Source of the DNA: an uncultured archaeon
Lineage (GTDB): Archaea > Thermoproteota > Bathyarchaeia > Bathyarchaeales > Bathycorpusculaceae
DNA length: 64,000 bases
Reading direction: 5' to 3'
Assembly: GCA_963810275.1 (NCBI GenBank)
Contig: CAWENF010000003.1
Span: forward strand, 64,001-128,000
Part shown: positions 18,774 through 29,658 of the stretch, one piece after another
Position numbering within the stretch: position 1 is the stretch's first letter
How the letters are laid out: each line of letters begins with the position of its first letter
Translations under genes and position numbers: made by a program
The notes under the pieces: generated by a model
Databases searched by the model: none
What the model saw: the letters and a program-made list of their open reading frames with translations, nothing else
What the model was told of the DNA's origin: nothing

Positions 18774-19769
18774 TTAAACCGTTTTGAGGCTGCCCTTCTG
18801 CAATGGGTCACCGTCACGATAGCTGCAGATAACGCCATATTTTCTAACACACTCCAAGCATAAAGCGGGATCACAAAGGGTTGTACTCAAGTAGCGTTCG
18901 CCGCCGTCAGGAGCAATACACACAATCACGCCTCCGCTGAGTTCTTTAGCTAACTGCTGAGCAACATAAAATGCTGCGCCGCTGCTTGGACCCACAAACA
19001 AGCCTTCCTCCAAAGCCAAAAGCCGAGCCGCATCATCCGCCACCGCCGGCTTGACATAGCGGATTTCGTCAACCATTTGAGGATTCCAGATTTTAGGCAA
19101 ATGCTGGAGCCTAAGGTTTTTGAGACCCTGAATAGAACCGTCGCCTTCTGGTTGTACACCGATAACTTTCACTTTTGGGTTAAGCTCTTTTAGGCGCTTG
19201 GACAAACCCATAACGGTGCCTGTAGTCCCCATGCCCGCCACGACATGCGTTACTTCGCCGTCGGTGTCACGCCAAATCTCAGCTGCGGTAGTCTCTTAAT
19301 GGGCAAGTACGTTGGCTTGGTTAGCGAACTGGTTGGGCATAAAATACTTATCAGGATTTTTAGCAGCGATTTCATGCACTAAATCTTCTGCACCGTCCAT
19401 GCCCTTGTCGCCGTCGCTTAGAAGCACTTTGGCTCCAAGCGAGATGAGGATATGTCGGCGCTCCATACTCATGGTTTCAGGCATCACAATCACAGCATCA
19501 TAGCATTTAGCTCTACAAACAAGCGCTATACCGATGCCAGTGTTGCCGCTGGTGGCTTCAATGACAATTTTGCCCGCTGTTAGCCGACCGGATTTTTCGG
19601 CTTGCTCAATCATGTAGAGGGCGATACGATCTTTTATGCTGCCGCCTGGGTTAGTTTTCTCAAGTTTAACGCATACTTCCACGGCTGGGTTTTGATTTAA
19701 GTGTTGGACTTTAACTAGTGGTGTGTTACCAATGTAGTTGAGTATGGTTTTGCCGTTCACATTTGGCAC
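18774..19769 (-). CDS. cysK: Cysteine synthase (PLP fold II) with one in-frame TAA at 19296-19298
   Basis: IGNTPLV, NPGGSIKDR, EATSGNTGI, GMGTTGT, GPSSGA and PDGGERYLST; the two ORFs are in frame (LAH*ETTAAEIW). Confidence 0.85.
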
Positions 19770-19842
19770 CGTATAGCTGGGTAGAGTTAGCGCTGGGGCG
19801 CCTATAAAACCTATCCAGATAGGTACCCCAAAATGGGGATGG

Positions 19843-20700
19843 TTATTTGGCGTAGGCTTCCACTAAGTCGCGAGCGGTGATTATGCCAACTATGTTTTCG
19901 TCTTCGACTACGGGGAGTCTGCGTATGTGTTTGAGCGCCATCAAGGCTGCTGCGCGGTGCGCACTAGTGCCGGATGAAACATAGATTAGTGGCTTTGAAC
20001 AGTTCGGTCCTACGTCGGTAAAGAGGTCTTTGTCCATTGCTAAAAAGTTCGTGAGTAAATCGCGTTCGGTAAAGATGCCAAAAGGCATGCCTTCGCGTGT
20101 GATTATGACGCTTCCTATGCGTTGATGCCCCATCATTTTTGCCACATTCATAACTGAGGCTTCCTCGTCCGCTGTGACTATTTTTTTGGTCATAAAGTCG
20201 TTGATGGGCACTTCGGTTTCGGCTACGTCTGGTAAACTTTTGATTAAATCGGCAGAGGTTATTATGCCTGCGAGTGCGCCTGCGTCGTAGACGGCTATTC
20301 TGCCCTTATGGGTTGTCATCATTTTAGCTACCGTTTTAATATCGGTTTGGACTGAGACACCTGTAAGGGGGTAGGACATGACGTCTTCGACTTTCTGGTC
20401 TCCTAATAGTATGCCGTACGCTATAACTTTGCTAAGCAAATCCCGCTCAGTCACGATTCCTATGGCTGTTTTGTATTTCTCAACAATTAGGCTGCCGACG
20501 TGTTTTTGTCCCATAATGTGACCCGCTTCGTCAAGTGACGCTTCGGGGCTAATGGTTATGACTTGGCGTGTCATGAGGTCTTCTGTTAAGCGGTAAAGCG
20601 GCAGGTTTCGTTTATATTGCTCATAAGCTATGTCAATTAAGCCCGGCAACATCCTACGCGTTTGTTTTGTTTGAGGAGTCGCCAACAGAAATTCCTCCAT
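19843..20700 (-). CDS. CBS domain protein (four CBS repeats)
   Basis: GIVTERDL, GIITSADL, GIFTERDL and GIITARDL. Confidence 0.85.
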   Translation of the reverse strand: MEEFLLATPQTKQTRRMLPGLIDIAYEQYKRNLPLYRLTEDLMTRQVITISPEASLDEAGHIMGQKHVGSLIVEKYKTAIGIVTERDLLSKVIAYGILLGDQKVEDVMSYPLTGVSVQTDIKTVAKMMTTHKGRIAVYDAGALAGIITSADLIKSLPDVAETEVPINDFMTKKIVTADEEASVMNVAKMMGHQRIGSVIITREGMPFGIFTERDLLTNFLAMDKDLFTDVGPNCSKPLIYVSSGTSAHRAAALMALKHIRRLPVVEDENIVGIITARDLVEAYAK

Positions 20701-20916
20701 TATAACATGGCTTCGCGCAGGATATTAAAGTTCCATGACTACCCTCAAGCGACCGACGGCTGTTCACTGCCACAAACCTGACTGGTCAGGTTACATCTTA
20801 GGGGTTTTTGTTTGTTGAGGCGTTCTTGAAAGGATCAGAAAACCGCCTTTCCCAAAAGAAATCGGCGGGGAAAATTCTAAATGCAAGTATCCGCAATATT
20901 TTCACGTTGATTAAGC

Positions 20917-21318
20917 ATGACAGAAAAAGTTGACGTTATCAAACTTCACAAAGACGCACAAGCCCTAATGGAAGCAGGCAAATACGCAGAAGCACGCGAC
21001 CTCTTCGCACAAGTCGCCGAACTTTACTACAAAGGCCAAAACTACTTCGGCTCTGCAGAAATGAGCTACAAAGCAGGCGAATGCAGCTTCCAATTAAAAG
21101 AATATGAAAAAGCAGTTGAGTTCTTCACCAAAGCCGCGGATATCTCGTTTGCTAAAGGCTTTGACCGCTTTGGCTTGAGCGCTCTTGAAAACGCGCGTGA
21201 CAACCAGAAAGCTTTGGGTAACACCGCCGAAGTCGAGACGCTAACCAAAAAGATTGATGAGATAAACAAGAAGAACGCTGAACCAGAAGAAGAATCGTCG
21301 TTCTCGGTATTCTCCTAA
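20917..21318 (+). CDS. TPR/SNAP-like helical repeat protein
   Basis: GKYAEARDLF and YKAGECSFQLKEYEKAVEFFTKA repeats. Confidence 0.7.
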   Translation: MTEKVDVIKLHKDAQALMEAGKYAEARDLFAQVAELYYKGQNYFGSAEMSYKAGECSFQLKEYEKAVEFFTKAADISFAKGFDRFGLSALENARDNQKALGNTAEVETLTKKIDEINKKNAEPEEESSFSVFS

Positions 21319-21463
21319 ACACTTTTCTTTAATTTATTTTTTGCAAAGATTCAACCAAGCAGCAATTTTATAGTTAACATTTTTTAGCTCAAATAAGAAA
21401 ATAGGGAACCGTTTAAAGCGAAAACAACTGCTATTCTAGTAATCGAACTACCTGGACCAGAAT

Positions 21464-23119
21464 ATGCCGACCACATTTCAATCCCTCGCTGAACTACTCG
21501 AAAAAGTGGAAGCCACCCAAAAACGTCTCGAAATCATACAGTTAACCGCAGGCTACCTAAAGACGCTCGACACAAACGAGGTGCAAGCAGCGGTGGACAT
21601 GATGGTTGGCAGGGCGTTTTCGAAGTATAGTAAGCGGACGCTGGACGTGAGTTGGGCTACGCTTAGCCGCATGGTGCGGCAGATTTGCGAGTTTGACGGG
21701 GGCTTGTTTCGCGAGGCGATGGCGAATACAGGTGACATTGGTTCAGCTACCAAAGCGGTGCTTGAGCAGGGCAAGCCAAAGAGGCAAATGCAGCTAACCC
21801 AAAAAACGCTGACCATCGCCGAGGTTTGCAGTAGCTTTGAAGCTATAAGCCAAGCTGAGGGCAGCGGCTCACGTACCAGAAAAGAACGCCAAATAGCATC
21901 GCTGCTAAGCCAAGCCACTCCGCTGGAAGCCAAATATCTGGTTAAGATTTTCACGGGCGAAATGCGCACTGGCTTAAGCGAGGGGCTGATGGAGCAGGCG
22001 GTTGCCGAAGCATTCGAAGCGTCTTTGCCACAGGTGCAACATGCAGGTATGGTTTTAGGCGATATTGGCGAGGTCGCAGGCAAACTCAAAGCGCAAGGTG
22101 CGGCGGGTTTGGAAGGGTTGGGGTTTGTAGTTTTCCGTCCTGTGCAGTTGATGCTGGCGCAGACAGCCCAGTCAGTCAACGAGGCGCTATCAGAGATGGG
22201 TGGGGCTGCTGGGTTTGAGTACAAGTACGATGGCGCAAGGGTCCAAATCCACATACAAAACGGCGATGTACGGATTTTCAGTCGACGCTTGTCTGACGTG
22301 ACAGAGAGCCTACCTGAAGTCGTAGAAAATATAAAACAAAACATCCGATCTGAGAGCGCCATCGTGGAGGGTGAAGTCATTGCCTTGGACTTGTCGGGGT
22401 ATCCGATTGCATTTCAGCACCTGATGCGCAGATTCAAACGCGTCAAGGACATTGCGGACATGCAACAAAAAATCCCTCTCACCCTCTACCTCTTTGACAT
22501 CCTCTACCTTAACGGCGAAAGCCTCACAACCCACATCTACCTGCGTCGCCGCCAAATCCTCGCAGATCAGGCAGGAAAAATCGCGTTAAGCAGCCAAATC
22601 ATAACGGACCAGCGCACCTCCGCTGAGGTATTTTTCAAAGAAGCAATAGCCGCTGGGCATGAGGGGTTAATAGCAAAGAAACTCGACAGCCTCTACTCTC
22701 CGGGGCGCAGAGGCAGAAGATGGCTAAAAATTAAAACCACCCTTGAACCACTTGATCTCGTTATAACTGCTGCCGAGTATGGGTATGGACGCCGCAAAGG
22801 CTGGCTAAGCGACTACTACCTCGGCGCATACGATCCAGAGTCAGGCAGGTATTTTGATGTGGGTAAAACCTTCAAGGGCTTAACCGACTTTGAACTCACC
22901 GACCTAACTAACCAGCTAAAAGCAATCACAGTAGCCGCCGAAGGGCACCGAGTGATGGTGATGCCCAAAATAGTAGTGGAGGTCGCCTACAACGAAATCC
23001 AGCAGAGCCCCAAATACCCAAGCGGCATGGCACTACGATTTGCCAGAATCACCCGTATCCGAAGCGACAAGTCACCCGAACAGGCGAGCACGTCTGGGGC
23101 TGGTGAGGGAAATCTATGA
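21464..23119 (+). CDS. lig: ATP-dependent DNA ligase (likely frameshift in the last codons; VREIYDRQF continues in another frame)
   Basis: Motif I EYKYDG, plus EGEVI, FDILY, EGLIAK, WLKIK and LRFARI.RIR.DK. Confidence 0.95.
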   Translation: MPTTFQSLAELLEKVEATQKRLEIIQLTAGYLKTLDTNEVQAAVDMMVGRAFSKYSKRTLDVSWATLSRMVRQICEFDGGLFREAMANTGDIGSATKAVLEQGKPKRQMQLTQKTLTIAEVCSSFEAISQAEGSGSRTRKERQIASLLSQATPLEAKYLVKIFTGEMRTGLSEGLMEQAVAEAFEASLPQVQHAGMVLGDIGEVAGKLKAQGAAGLEGLGFVVFRPVQLMLAQTAQSVNEALSEMGGAAGFEYKYDGARVQIHIQNGDVRIFSRRLSDVTESLPEVVENIKQNIRSESAIVEGEVIALDLSGYPIAFQHLMRRFKRVKDIADMQQKIPLTLYLFDILYLNGESLTTHIYLRRRQILADQAGKIALSSQIITDQRTSAEVFFKEAIAAGHEGLIAKKLDSLYSPGRRGRRWLKIKTTLEPLDLVITAAEYGYGRRKGWLSDYYLGAYDPESGRYFDVGKTFKGLTDFELTDLTNQLKAITVAAEGHRVMVMPKIVVEVAYNEIQQSPKYPSGMALRFARITRIRSDKSPEQASTSGAGEGNL

Positions 23120-23178
23120 TAGGCAGTTCCGCAATAAAGGCAAATACGAAACTAGAGAGGACCCAATGAGCGAAGCTG

Positions 23179-23925
23179 ATGACGGAAAAGTTTGCTAAGG
23201 TATTCTACAGTCGACAAACCGTGCTTAAAGAACTTGGTGAAGCTGGACAGAGGAAACTTGATGACGCTCGTGTGGCAGTGGTCGGTGTAGGCGGATTCGG
23301 CGGCGTATCCTCATTTTACCTCACCTTAGCGGGCGTAGGATATGTCCGAGTTATCGACCAAGACATAGTGGATCCCCATAATTTGCACCGCCAAATCCTA
23401 TACACGCCTGACAAACTAAATTACCCCAAAGCCGAAGAAGCCGCAAAGAAACTACAAAAACACAACCCACTTGTAACAGTGGAGGCCACATCGGAAAGCC
23501 TAAACGAATCAAACGCCGAAGCCCTCCTAAAAGACATAGACATCATCGTGGACGGATTAGACAACATGCAAACCCGCCACATCGTCAATCGCACCTGCAT
23601 CAAACTCAAAGTGCCCTACGTTTTTGGTGCAGCCACTGGATTAGAGGGTAATGTCTCCGTGTTTTCTCCGCCCCAAACTGGTTGTATAGACTGTCTGATG
23701 CTGGAAAAAACAGATCCAGAGCAACCCCGCAATCGAGGCATAATCGGGGCCACCGCAGGGGTCATCGGCAGCCTCCAAGCCATAGAAACCATAAAACTTA
23801 TAGCAGGTATCGGCGAACCCCTGCTGGGCAAGATGCTGGTATGCGACTTCTCAGATATGGGCTTCACTACTATACAATTGACTAAAAATCCCTGCTGCAG
23901 GGTATGTAGCGACGATTTGTCCTAA
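23179..23925 (+). CDS. ThiF/MoeB/UbaA E1-like adenylyltransferase
   Basis: YSRQ, GVGGFG, NLHRQ, DGLDN and CxxC pairs. Confidence 0.9.
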   Translation: MTEKFAKVFYSRQTVLKELGEAGQRKLDDARVAVVGVGGFGGVSSFYLTLAGVGYVRVIDQDIVDPHNLHRQILYTPDKLNYPKAEEAAKKLQKHNPLVTVEATSESLNESNAEALLKDIDIIVDGLDNMQTRHIVNRTCIKLKVPYVFGAATGLEGNVSVFSPPQTGCIDCLMLEKTDPEQPRNRGIIGATAGVIGSLQAIETIKLIAGIGEPLLGKMLVCDFSDMGFTTIQLTKNPCCRVCSDDLS

Positions 23926-25310
23926 GTAGAGCTTGATGCCACTGTAGGGGCAGCAACGATTGATCGAGGCTGTTTTCGTGAAGTTTTAAAGGTATAGTTT
24001 TTGGTTGCAGTACTTATTACGATAACAGCGGCGATTAAGGCGATACCGACCACAAAAATGGTGTTAAATGCCTTCGCATTGGAAAGTTGTGGACCAATCA
24101 CTTGGTGTCCCTGAACGGTTACGATTAAAGGGGAGGTATAGGTTGATAGGATGCTTGTGGCGATGATGGGCCCCATGGCGCCTCCAACATTTCTTAGCAT
24201 AGTGTTTACGCCTAGACTCACAGCTACGGCGTCGCTTGGCACAGAAATGCTTACCATATTAACTATAGGGATTATAAGCGAGACCACCCCTGATAGAGTG
24301 ACCGCTAAGTCAAACGTAACCATCAAAGCAGATGAGCGGTTAACTATAAGCAAAATTAACCCTGTAATTATGGTGGCTGAAGCCAAAAAAAGAATTGGCT
24401 TAGGACCGATTCTGCTGACGGCTCTACCCATCAAGGGTCCAAGAACAAGCATAATAATCGTCGCAGGCCCCAAAGTGAGTCCAGTCTCTATTATGGTTAA
24501 ACCTAAACCGAAGGGCTCAGGCTGCTGCGCATAATAGACGATAGCGAAGAAAAGCAGAAACATCGCCATGCCACTTAGAATCCCAACCAAATTAGCCACC
24601 AAAACGTTCCTGATGCGCAGAAGCCCCAGATGAATAAGCGGATGCGGCTTATTTCTCTCGTAAAAGAAGAAAGCCATCACAAGCGCTAAACCAGGCACCA
24701 GAAAAGCAAATGATTCCAAAGAAAGCCAACCCATCTGCGGCCCCTCAGTTACATAGATGAGGCTTAAGGCGATACCAGTCATAAGCATCGAGGCACCCAC
24801 ATAATCCACAGGCTTTCTTTCATTGTAGGCATCCTTTTTGAGCACTTTTGCCGTGACAAAAATCAAGATTACGCTAAAGATAAGTGCTGTGTGGAAAGCG
24901 TATTGCCACCCCAAATCCTGAACGACGTAGGAGCCTAAAATTAAGCCTATAGAGGCGCCTATAGCGAAGGTTCCGCTGATTATCCCCTGTGCGGGCGCAA
25001 TTCGCTCTCTGGGAAAAGTGTCGACGATTATGGCAAGCGCCAAAGGTATGATGGCAAACCCTACGCCTTGAATCGCCCTCGCCACTATCAGAAGGTATAT
25101 GGAGTTAGCGAATCCAGCAACGGCAACACCGACTGTGTAGAAACACAGTGCCACCAAGAACATTCGTTTCTTTCCATAGTTATCCCCCATTCGCCCAAAA
25201 AGAGGTGAAGCAACACTGCCTACGATAAGGAGGGCAGAGGTTATCCAGGAGGCGATGGTGTCTGTTGCGCCAAAGTCTTGCTGGATCGTGGGAATTCCGG
25301 GAATGACCAT
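23922..25310 (-). CDS. MFS transporter, DHA2/EmrB-like (N-terminus probably extends upstream past a frameshift)
   Basis: Motif A GRMGDNYGKK, ARAIQGVG and many TM helices. Confidence 0.9.
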   Translation of the reverse strand: MVIPGIPTIQQDFGATDTIASWITSALLIVGSVASPLFGRMGDNYGKKRMFLVALCFYTVGVAVAGFANSIYLLIVARAIQGVGFAIIPLALAIIVDTFPRERIAPAQGIISGTFAIGASIGLILGSYVVQDLGWQYAFHTALIFSVILIFVTAKVLKKDAYNERKPVDYVGASMLMTGIALSLIYVTEGPQMGWLSLESFAFLVPGLALVMAFFFYERNKPHPLIHLGLLRIRNVLVANLVGILSGMAMFLLFFAIVYYAQQPEPFGLGLTIIETGLTLGPATIIMLVLGPLMGRAVSRIGPKPILFLASATIITGLILLIVNRSSALMVTFDLAVTLSGVVSLIIPIVNMVSISVPSDAVAVSLGVNTMLRNVGGAMGPIIATSILSTYTSPLIVTVQGHQVIGPQLSNAKAFNTIFVVGIALIAAVIVISTATKNYTFKTSRKQPRSIVAAPTVASSST

Positions 25311-25676
25311 TGTCTCAACATAGTTGATGAGTAAAAATAGACAGTTACTGTTAACAAAACACGGTTAGCGTATGAGTATCTTTGGGTGGCTCGCTACTGC
25401 TTAACGCAGAATTGGATGGCTGTATAATCGATCGAGATTCTTTTTTGACTGCAAAAATGGTCTAACAGAAGCAAACTCGAAAAGTAAAATAAAAAATGAC
25501 TTTTAGGGTAAAGTACTGCCACCTCAAAAACTTTTTGTTGAAACCAACTGAACATTTAAGAAAAAAACCGTTTACACAAAATACCAAAATAGTCTTTTAT
25601 AATCGCCAATGAAAAAACTAAAAGCATCTATTATGATTATCAGAAAAAAACAAACAAAAAGAAAGAAGAGATGGAA

Positions 25677-26741
25677 TTACTCTTTCTTTTGTTTGTTTGG
25701 CCGCAGTGAGCGGACGGTTTTCCCTGCACGCCACATTTCGCTTTGACCCATAGCGTTGAGTTCGTCAGCGAGTTTCTGGCGGTAGTCGGGTGCTTTGCTC
25801 TTTTCGAGTACGATGCGGGTTTCTTCGCCTGCAGCGGTTAACTCGTAGAGGCTGTCAAACACTGGTTGAGTTGCGCTTCTGAAGCGTTCTTTCCAGCGTA
25901 GGGCACCGATGCGGGCTGTTTCGCTGCAGTTATTGTACATCCAGTCCATGCCGTTTTCGTCGACGAGGCGTATGAGGCTCTGGGTGAGTTCCTCGACTGT
26001 TTCGTTGAATGATTCACTTGGGCTGTGACCGTTTGCTCGCAACGTGTTGTATTGGGCTTCAAGGATGCCTGCGAGTGCGCCCATAAGAGTGCCGCGCTCC
26101 CCAGTTAAGTCACTGTACACTTCTTTCTCAAAGGTTGTTGGGAAGAGGTAACCTCCGCCGATGGCGATGCCGAGCGCTTTGGCCCGGTCCATGGCTTTGC
26201 CTGTGGCATCTTGGTGAATTGCGAAGCTGCAGTTAATGCCGCTGCCGTCAACAAAGTTGCGGCGCACACTGGTACCTGAACCTTTTGGTGCGACAAGGAT
26301 AACGTCGATGTCTGCTGGTGGGATAACACCTGTTTGTTCTTTGTAAACGATGCTAAAGCCGTGGCTGAAGTAAATTGCGTCGCCTGCTTTGAGAGTGGCT
26401 TTAATTTTTGGCCATAGAGCTTTCTGGGCGGCGTCGGTTAAGAGGAACATTTTTATTGTGCCTTTTTTGGCGGCTTCTTCGAGTGGGAAGAGGTTTTCGC
26501 CTGGAACCCAGCCGTCTGCGACTGCTTTGTCCCATTCCTTTTTGAATATGCCTTCTTTTTCTTGTCCGATTATTACCTTTACGCCGTTGTCTCTCATGTT
26601 AAGTGATTGTGCTGCTCCTTGGATACCGTATCCAAGCGAGACTACGACTTCGTCTTTTAGGATTTGTTGGGCTTTCGCCACGGTAAACTCTTCACGAGTG
26701 ATGACGTCTTCTTGAACGCCACCAAAATCCATTTTCACCAT
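25677..26741 (-). CDS. ilvC: Ketol-acid reductoisomerase
   Basis: GYGIQG, FSHGF, VAPKGSG, SDLTGER and CSETA. Confidence 0.95.
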   Translation of the reverse strand: MVKMDFGGVQEDVITREEFTVAKAQQILKDEVVVSLGYGIQGAAQSLNMRDNGVKVIIGQEKEGIFKKEWDKAVADGWVPGENLFPLEEAAKKGTIKMFLLTDAAQKALWPKIKATLKAGDAIYFSHGFSIVYKEQTGVIPPADIDVILVAPKGSGTSVRRNFVDGSGINCSFAIHQDATGKAMDRAKALGIAIGGGYLFPTTFEKEVYSDLTGERGTLMGALAGILEAQYNTLRANGHSPSESFNETVEELTQSLIRLVDENGMDWMYNNCSETARIGALRWKERFRSATQPVFDSLYELTAAGEETRIVLEKSKAPDYRQKLADELNAMGQSEMWRAGKTVRSLRPNKQKKE

Positions 26742-26832
26742 TTTATAGTACCTTCAGCCAACCATTTAGCAGATGGCATAATTAAGAATTATGTAGGAAA
26801 ACACCACTAAAAATATGAGGCAACCTCTGGGT

Positions 26833-27003
26833 TTAGGGGATTTCTGTTAGGTTATCCCGCAGCGCAATCCAGCGTTTAAACTCCAACCCAGTGCATTTGC
26901 CTTTGCCCATCCAGCCTTCCCCATACTTCTCGGTTAGCTTCGCGTTATAGGAAGCAAACGTTTCGCATTCTGTGACTTCTAAGCTTGTTTTTTTCTTTTT
27001 CAA
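26833..27003 (-). CDS. Small hypothetical protein (56 aa)
   Basis: TTG start with GGAGTG upstream, directly after fprA. Confidence 0.35.
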   Translation of the reverse strand: MKKKKTSLEVTECETFASYNAKLTEKYGEGWMGKGKCTGLEFKRWIALRDNLTEIP

Positions 27004-27022
27004 GAGGGTACACTCCAGTTGG

Positions 27023-28294
27023 TTATTGTGCGTTGTATTTTTGGAATGCCTTCTCCGCCGCGGCTTTAGATAGTTGCTGGACCTTCGCCAAATCCTGAGC
27101 GGTTGGACTGCCGTAAACGGGAAGCGCTGGGCCTGCCAACTCGAAGCCCAAAGATTCCAGTTCGGCAGCAATTTTGCGTGTAGCTTCGCCGCTCCAGGCG
27201 AAACTGCCAAACGTGGCTGCTACGCGGCTGGAGTATTTTTTGGTTTTGAGCAGGTTTAGGAAGTCGGCAATTTTGGGAAATACTTCATGCTCGTAGGTGG
27301 ATGAGCCTACGATTAGGGCTGGTGCTTCGACTAGTGCTGTTAGGGCGTCGACTGGCTGGTCCTCTGAGAGGTTAAAAGTTTTGATTGTGCCGCCGGCTTG
27401 AGCAACGCCTTTTTCTACGGCGTCGAGGCACTGTGCGGTCATGCCGTACATTGAGCAGTAGACTACTGTGACGGTTTTCTTGTAGACGTTGTGGCTCCAT
27501 TTCGCCCAGTCATCAAGCTTCTGCTTGGCGGTCTGGTTAAAGACGGGACCGTGGCTTGGCGCCAAAACCTCAACTTCTAAGCCGTATTTGCTGAATTTGT
27601 CGATAGCTTTAAGCACCCATTCTCGGTGCCCGTTAAACACGGATGCAAAATATTTTTGTGAGCAGCCACAGACGTTTTGTGACTCAGCGTTAATGTCGGA
27701 TTCTAAAATGGCGTCGGGGGGGAGAGTTTTGAAGGCTCCGAAGGCGTCGCAGCAGAACAGGATTTTGTCCTCAGGCAGGTAGGTACTCATGGTTTCGGGC
27801 CAGTGTAGCCACTGCGTCTGTAAGAACCGTAAGTTTTTGCCCCCAAGTGGGAGTGTCATATCGTCTCCTTTGGTGAGTATGGCAGATGGGTCGGTTTGGT
27901 AGAATTTCCTGAAAATGCTTTGGGCCATGGGTGTATAGACTACTTTGATTTTAGGCGCCTTTTTTAGGAGTTGGGGGACTGCGCTGGTGTGGTCGGGTTC
28001 CATGTGGTTTATGACTAAGTAATCGATTTTAGAGAGATCGGTTACTTGGCTTATTTTCTCGAAGTGCTCCGCTGCTTTTGTTTTGTTAACGCAGTCTATA
28101 AGCGCTGTTTTCTCGGAACCTTTAACAAGGTACGAGTTGTATGTGACGCCTTCGGGGATGCTCCAGAGCCCCTCGAAAAGCTGGATGTTTGAGTCATTAG
28201 CTCCCACCCAATAAACGTCTGGAGATATAACTAAAGGTTTAACGGTCAAACAAATTCCCCAGTTGATAATATAGAGTAACGGGGGTTTTGTCAA
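27023..28294 (-). CDS. fprA: FprA family flavodiiron protein
   Basis: GVTYNSYL, NHMEPDH, HWPE, CDAFG, PSHG and flavodoxin motif SMYGMT. Confidence 0.9.
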   Translation of the reverse strand: MTKPPLLYIINWGICLTVKPLVISPDVYWVGANDSNIQLFEGLWSIPEGVTYNSYLVKGSEKTALIDCVNKTKAAEHFEKISQVTDLSKIDYLVINHMEPDHTSAVPQLLKKAPKIKVVYTPMAQSIFRKFYQTDPSAILTKGDDMTLPLGGKNLRFLQTQWLHWPETMSTYLPEDKILFCCDAFGAFKTLPPDAILESDINAESQNVCGCSQKYFASVFNGHREWVLKAIDKFSKYGLEVEVLAPSHGPVFNQTAKQKLDDWAKWSHNVYKKTVTVVYCSMYGMTAQCLDAVEKGVAQAGGTIKTFNLSEDQPVDALTALVEAPALIVGSSTYEHEVFPKIADFLNLLKTKKYSSRVAATFGSFAWSGEATRKIAAELESLGFELAGPALPVYGSPTAQDLAKVQQLSKAAAEKAFQKYNAQ

Positions 28295-28359
28295 TAATAC
28301 CTTTTGCTTCCACGTTGTTGTTATCGCAAAGCAATTAACCCTAAAAACAAACTATAACC

Positions 28360-28818
28360 ATGGCAACTCTCAAACTTACCGCGGAGCTAGTAGCGCCTTG
28401 CGGCATGAACTGCGGCGTCTGCAAATCTTATCTTGCATACTCACGCGACTTACCCCGAAAGAAAGGCGAAACTTACCATTGCAGCGGATGTATCGAGCGA
28501 AACAAAACCTGCGCCTTCATAAAACGGGATTGTGAGAAAACCCGCAAGGGACGGGTGCGGTTCTGTTATGAATGCAGCGAGATGCCATGCAAAAAACTTG
28601 CAAAACTCGATACAAACTACAGTGCACGCTACGGCATGAGCATGGTTGAAAACCTAAAAATAATCCAGGAGAAAGGCATGAACACTTTCCTTTTAAGCCA
28701 GGAGGATAAGTACCGTTGCCCCAATTGCGGCGACGTGGTTTGCGTGCATGACGCAAAATGCTACAACTGCGATTATCAGGGGCAGAAGCCTAAACAGAAA
28801 GCTGGCAAGAAGCAGTAA
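28360..28818 (+). CDS. DUF3795 family Cys-rich protein
   Basis: APCGMNCGVC, CSGC, FCYECSEMPC and CPNCG. Confidence 0.8.
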   Translation: MATLKLTAELVAPCGMNCGVCKSYLAYSRDLPRKKGETYHCSGCIERNKTCAFIKRDCEKTRKGRVRFCYECSEMPCKKLAKLDTNYSARYGMSMVENLKIIQEKGMNTFLLSQEDKYRCPNCGDVVCVHDAKCYNCDYQGQKPKQKAGKKQ

Positions 28819-29093
28819 GATAAAGCAAGGTGGGTGCCGGATTGCAAATATGAGAAGTAGCTGTTTTCGGTTGTTCTCGCTGATAGATCCTTCTCCTATA
28901 TACAGAGTTTTCATGTTTGTGTTTGATAAATGGTCGTTTTTTCGTTGACAAAGGCTTCTCTGGGCAGGCTTGTTTCTGTAGATATTTGTCGCCGGCGCTT
29001 TCACGAGTTTATTTTTTAAGCAGCAAAGCACTGGGTTTTAAATAACTAAGCAACGTAAGTAACAACTCTGCCCCACAACGCCGTGATAGCTCT

Positions 29094-29645
29094 ATGAGCG
29101 AAAAACCCGTCCACACCCCCAAACACGACCAATCAGTATCCTTCAAAATTGCAGCGGGAGCCATATTCGCTGGTCTTGTTGCAGTTGCCACATTTATTTT
29201 TGTGGTTCCAATTCCCGCAACCACAGGCTACTTCAACTTAGGTGACACATTCATCTACGTTGCAGCCCTGCTGCTAGGACCAGCCGTCGGAGCAGCCGCA
29301 GGAGCAGGCGCAGCCATCGCAGACATCATTGGATTCCCAGCGTTTGCTCCAGGCACATTCGCAATCAAGTTAATTGAAGGATTCATTGTCGGCTACTTAA
29401 CTAGAAAACTCTACAACAAAACAAGAAACCTAACTCTAAGCGCAACCGTCGCCATCGTCATCGGCGGATTAGAAATGGTCGTAGGTTACTTTGTCTATGA
29501 ACAAGTAGTTTTAGGCATCCCGTTTTACGGTGCACTTGCAGAGGTACCATTCAACTTGATTCAGATGATAGCAGGCTTGCTGATTGCAGTGCCAGTGATG
29601 CATGCGGTTCTACGGGTTTTCCCACAGCTTAAAAGCTACTTCTAA
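29094..29645 (+). CDS. ECF transporter S component
   Basis: PATTGYFNLGD..IY..ALLLGP and TFAIKLIEG. Confidence 0.85.
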   Translation: MSEKPVHTPKHDQSVSFKIAAGAIFAGLVAVATFIFVVPIPATTGYFNLGDTFIYVAALLLGPAVGAAAGAGAAIADIIGFPAFAPGTFAIKLIEGFIVGYLTRKLYNKTRNLTLSATVAIVIGGLEMVVGYFVYEQVVLGIPFYGALAEVPFNLIQMIAGLLIAVPVMHAVLRVFPQLKSYF

Positions 29646-29658
29646 CAGAGGAATACAC

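Noticed and set aside
19296-19298. Selenocysteine or pyrrolysine readthrough in cysK
   Set aside because: The codon is TAA, not TGA or TAG, and the position is normally Tyr.
1287-25400. Programmed frameshifting, recoding or genome-wide pseudogenisation
   Set aside because: Single-base breaks affect many unrelated genes, including the end of the essential DNA ligase, with no shared slippery motif. Sequencing or consensus error is the simpler explanation.
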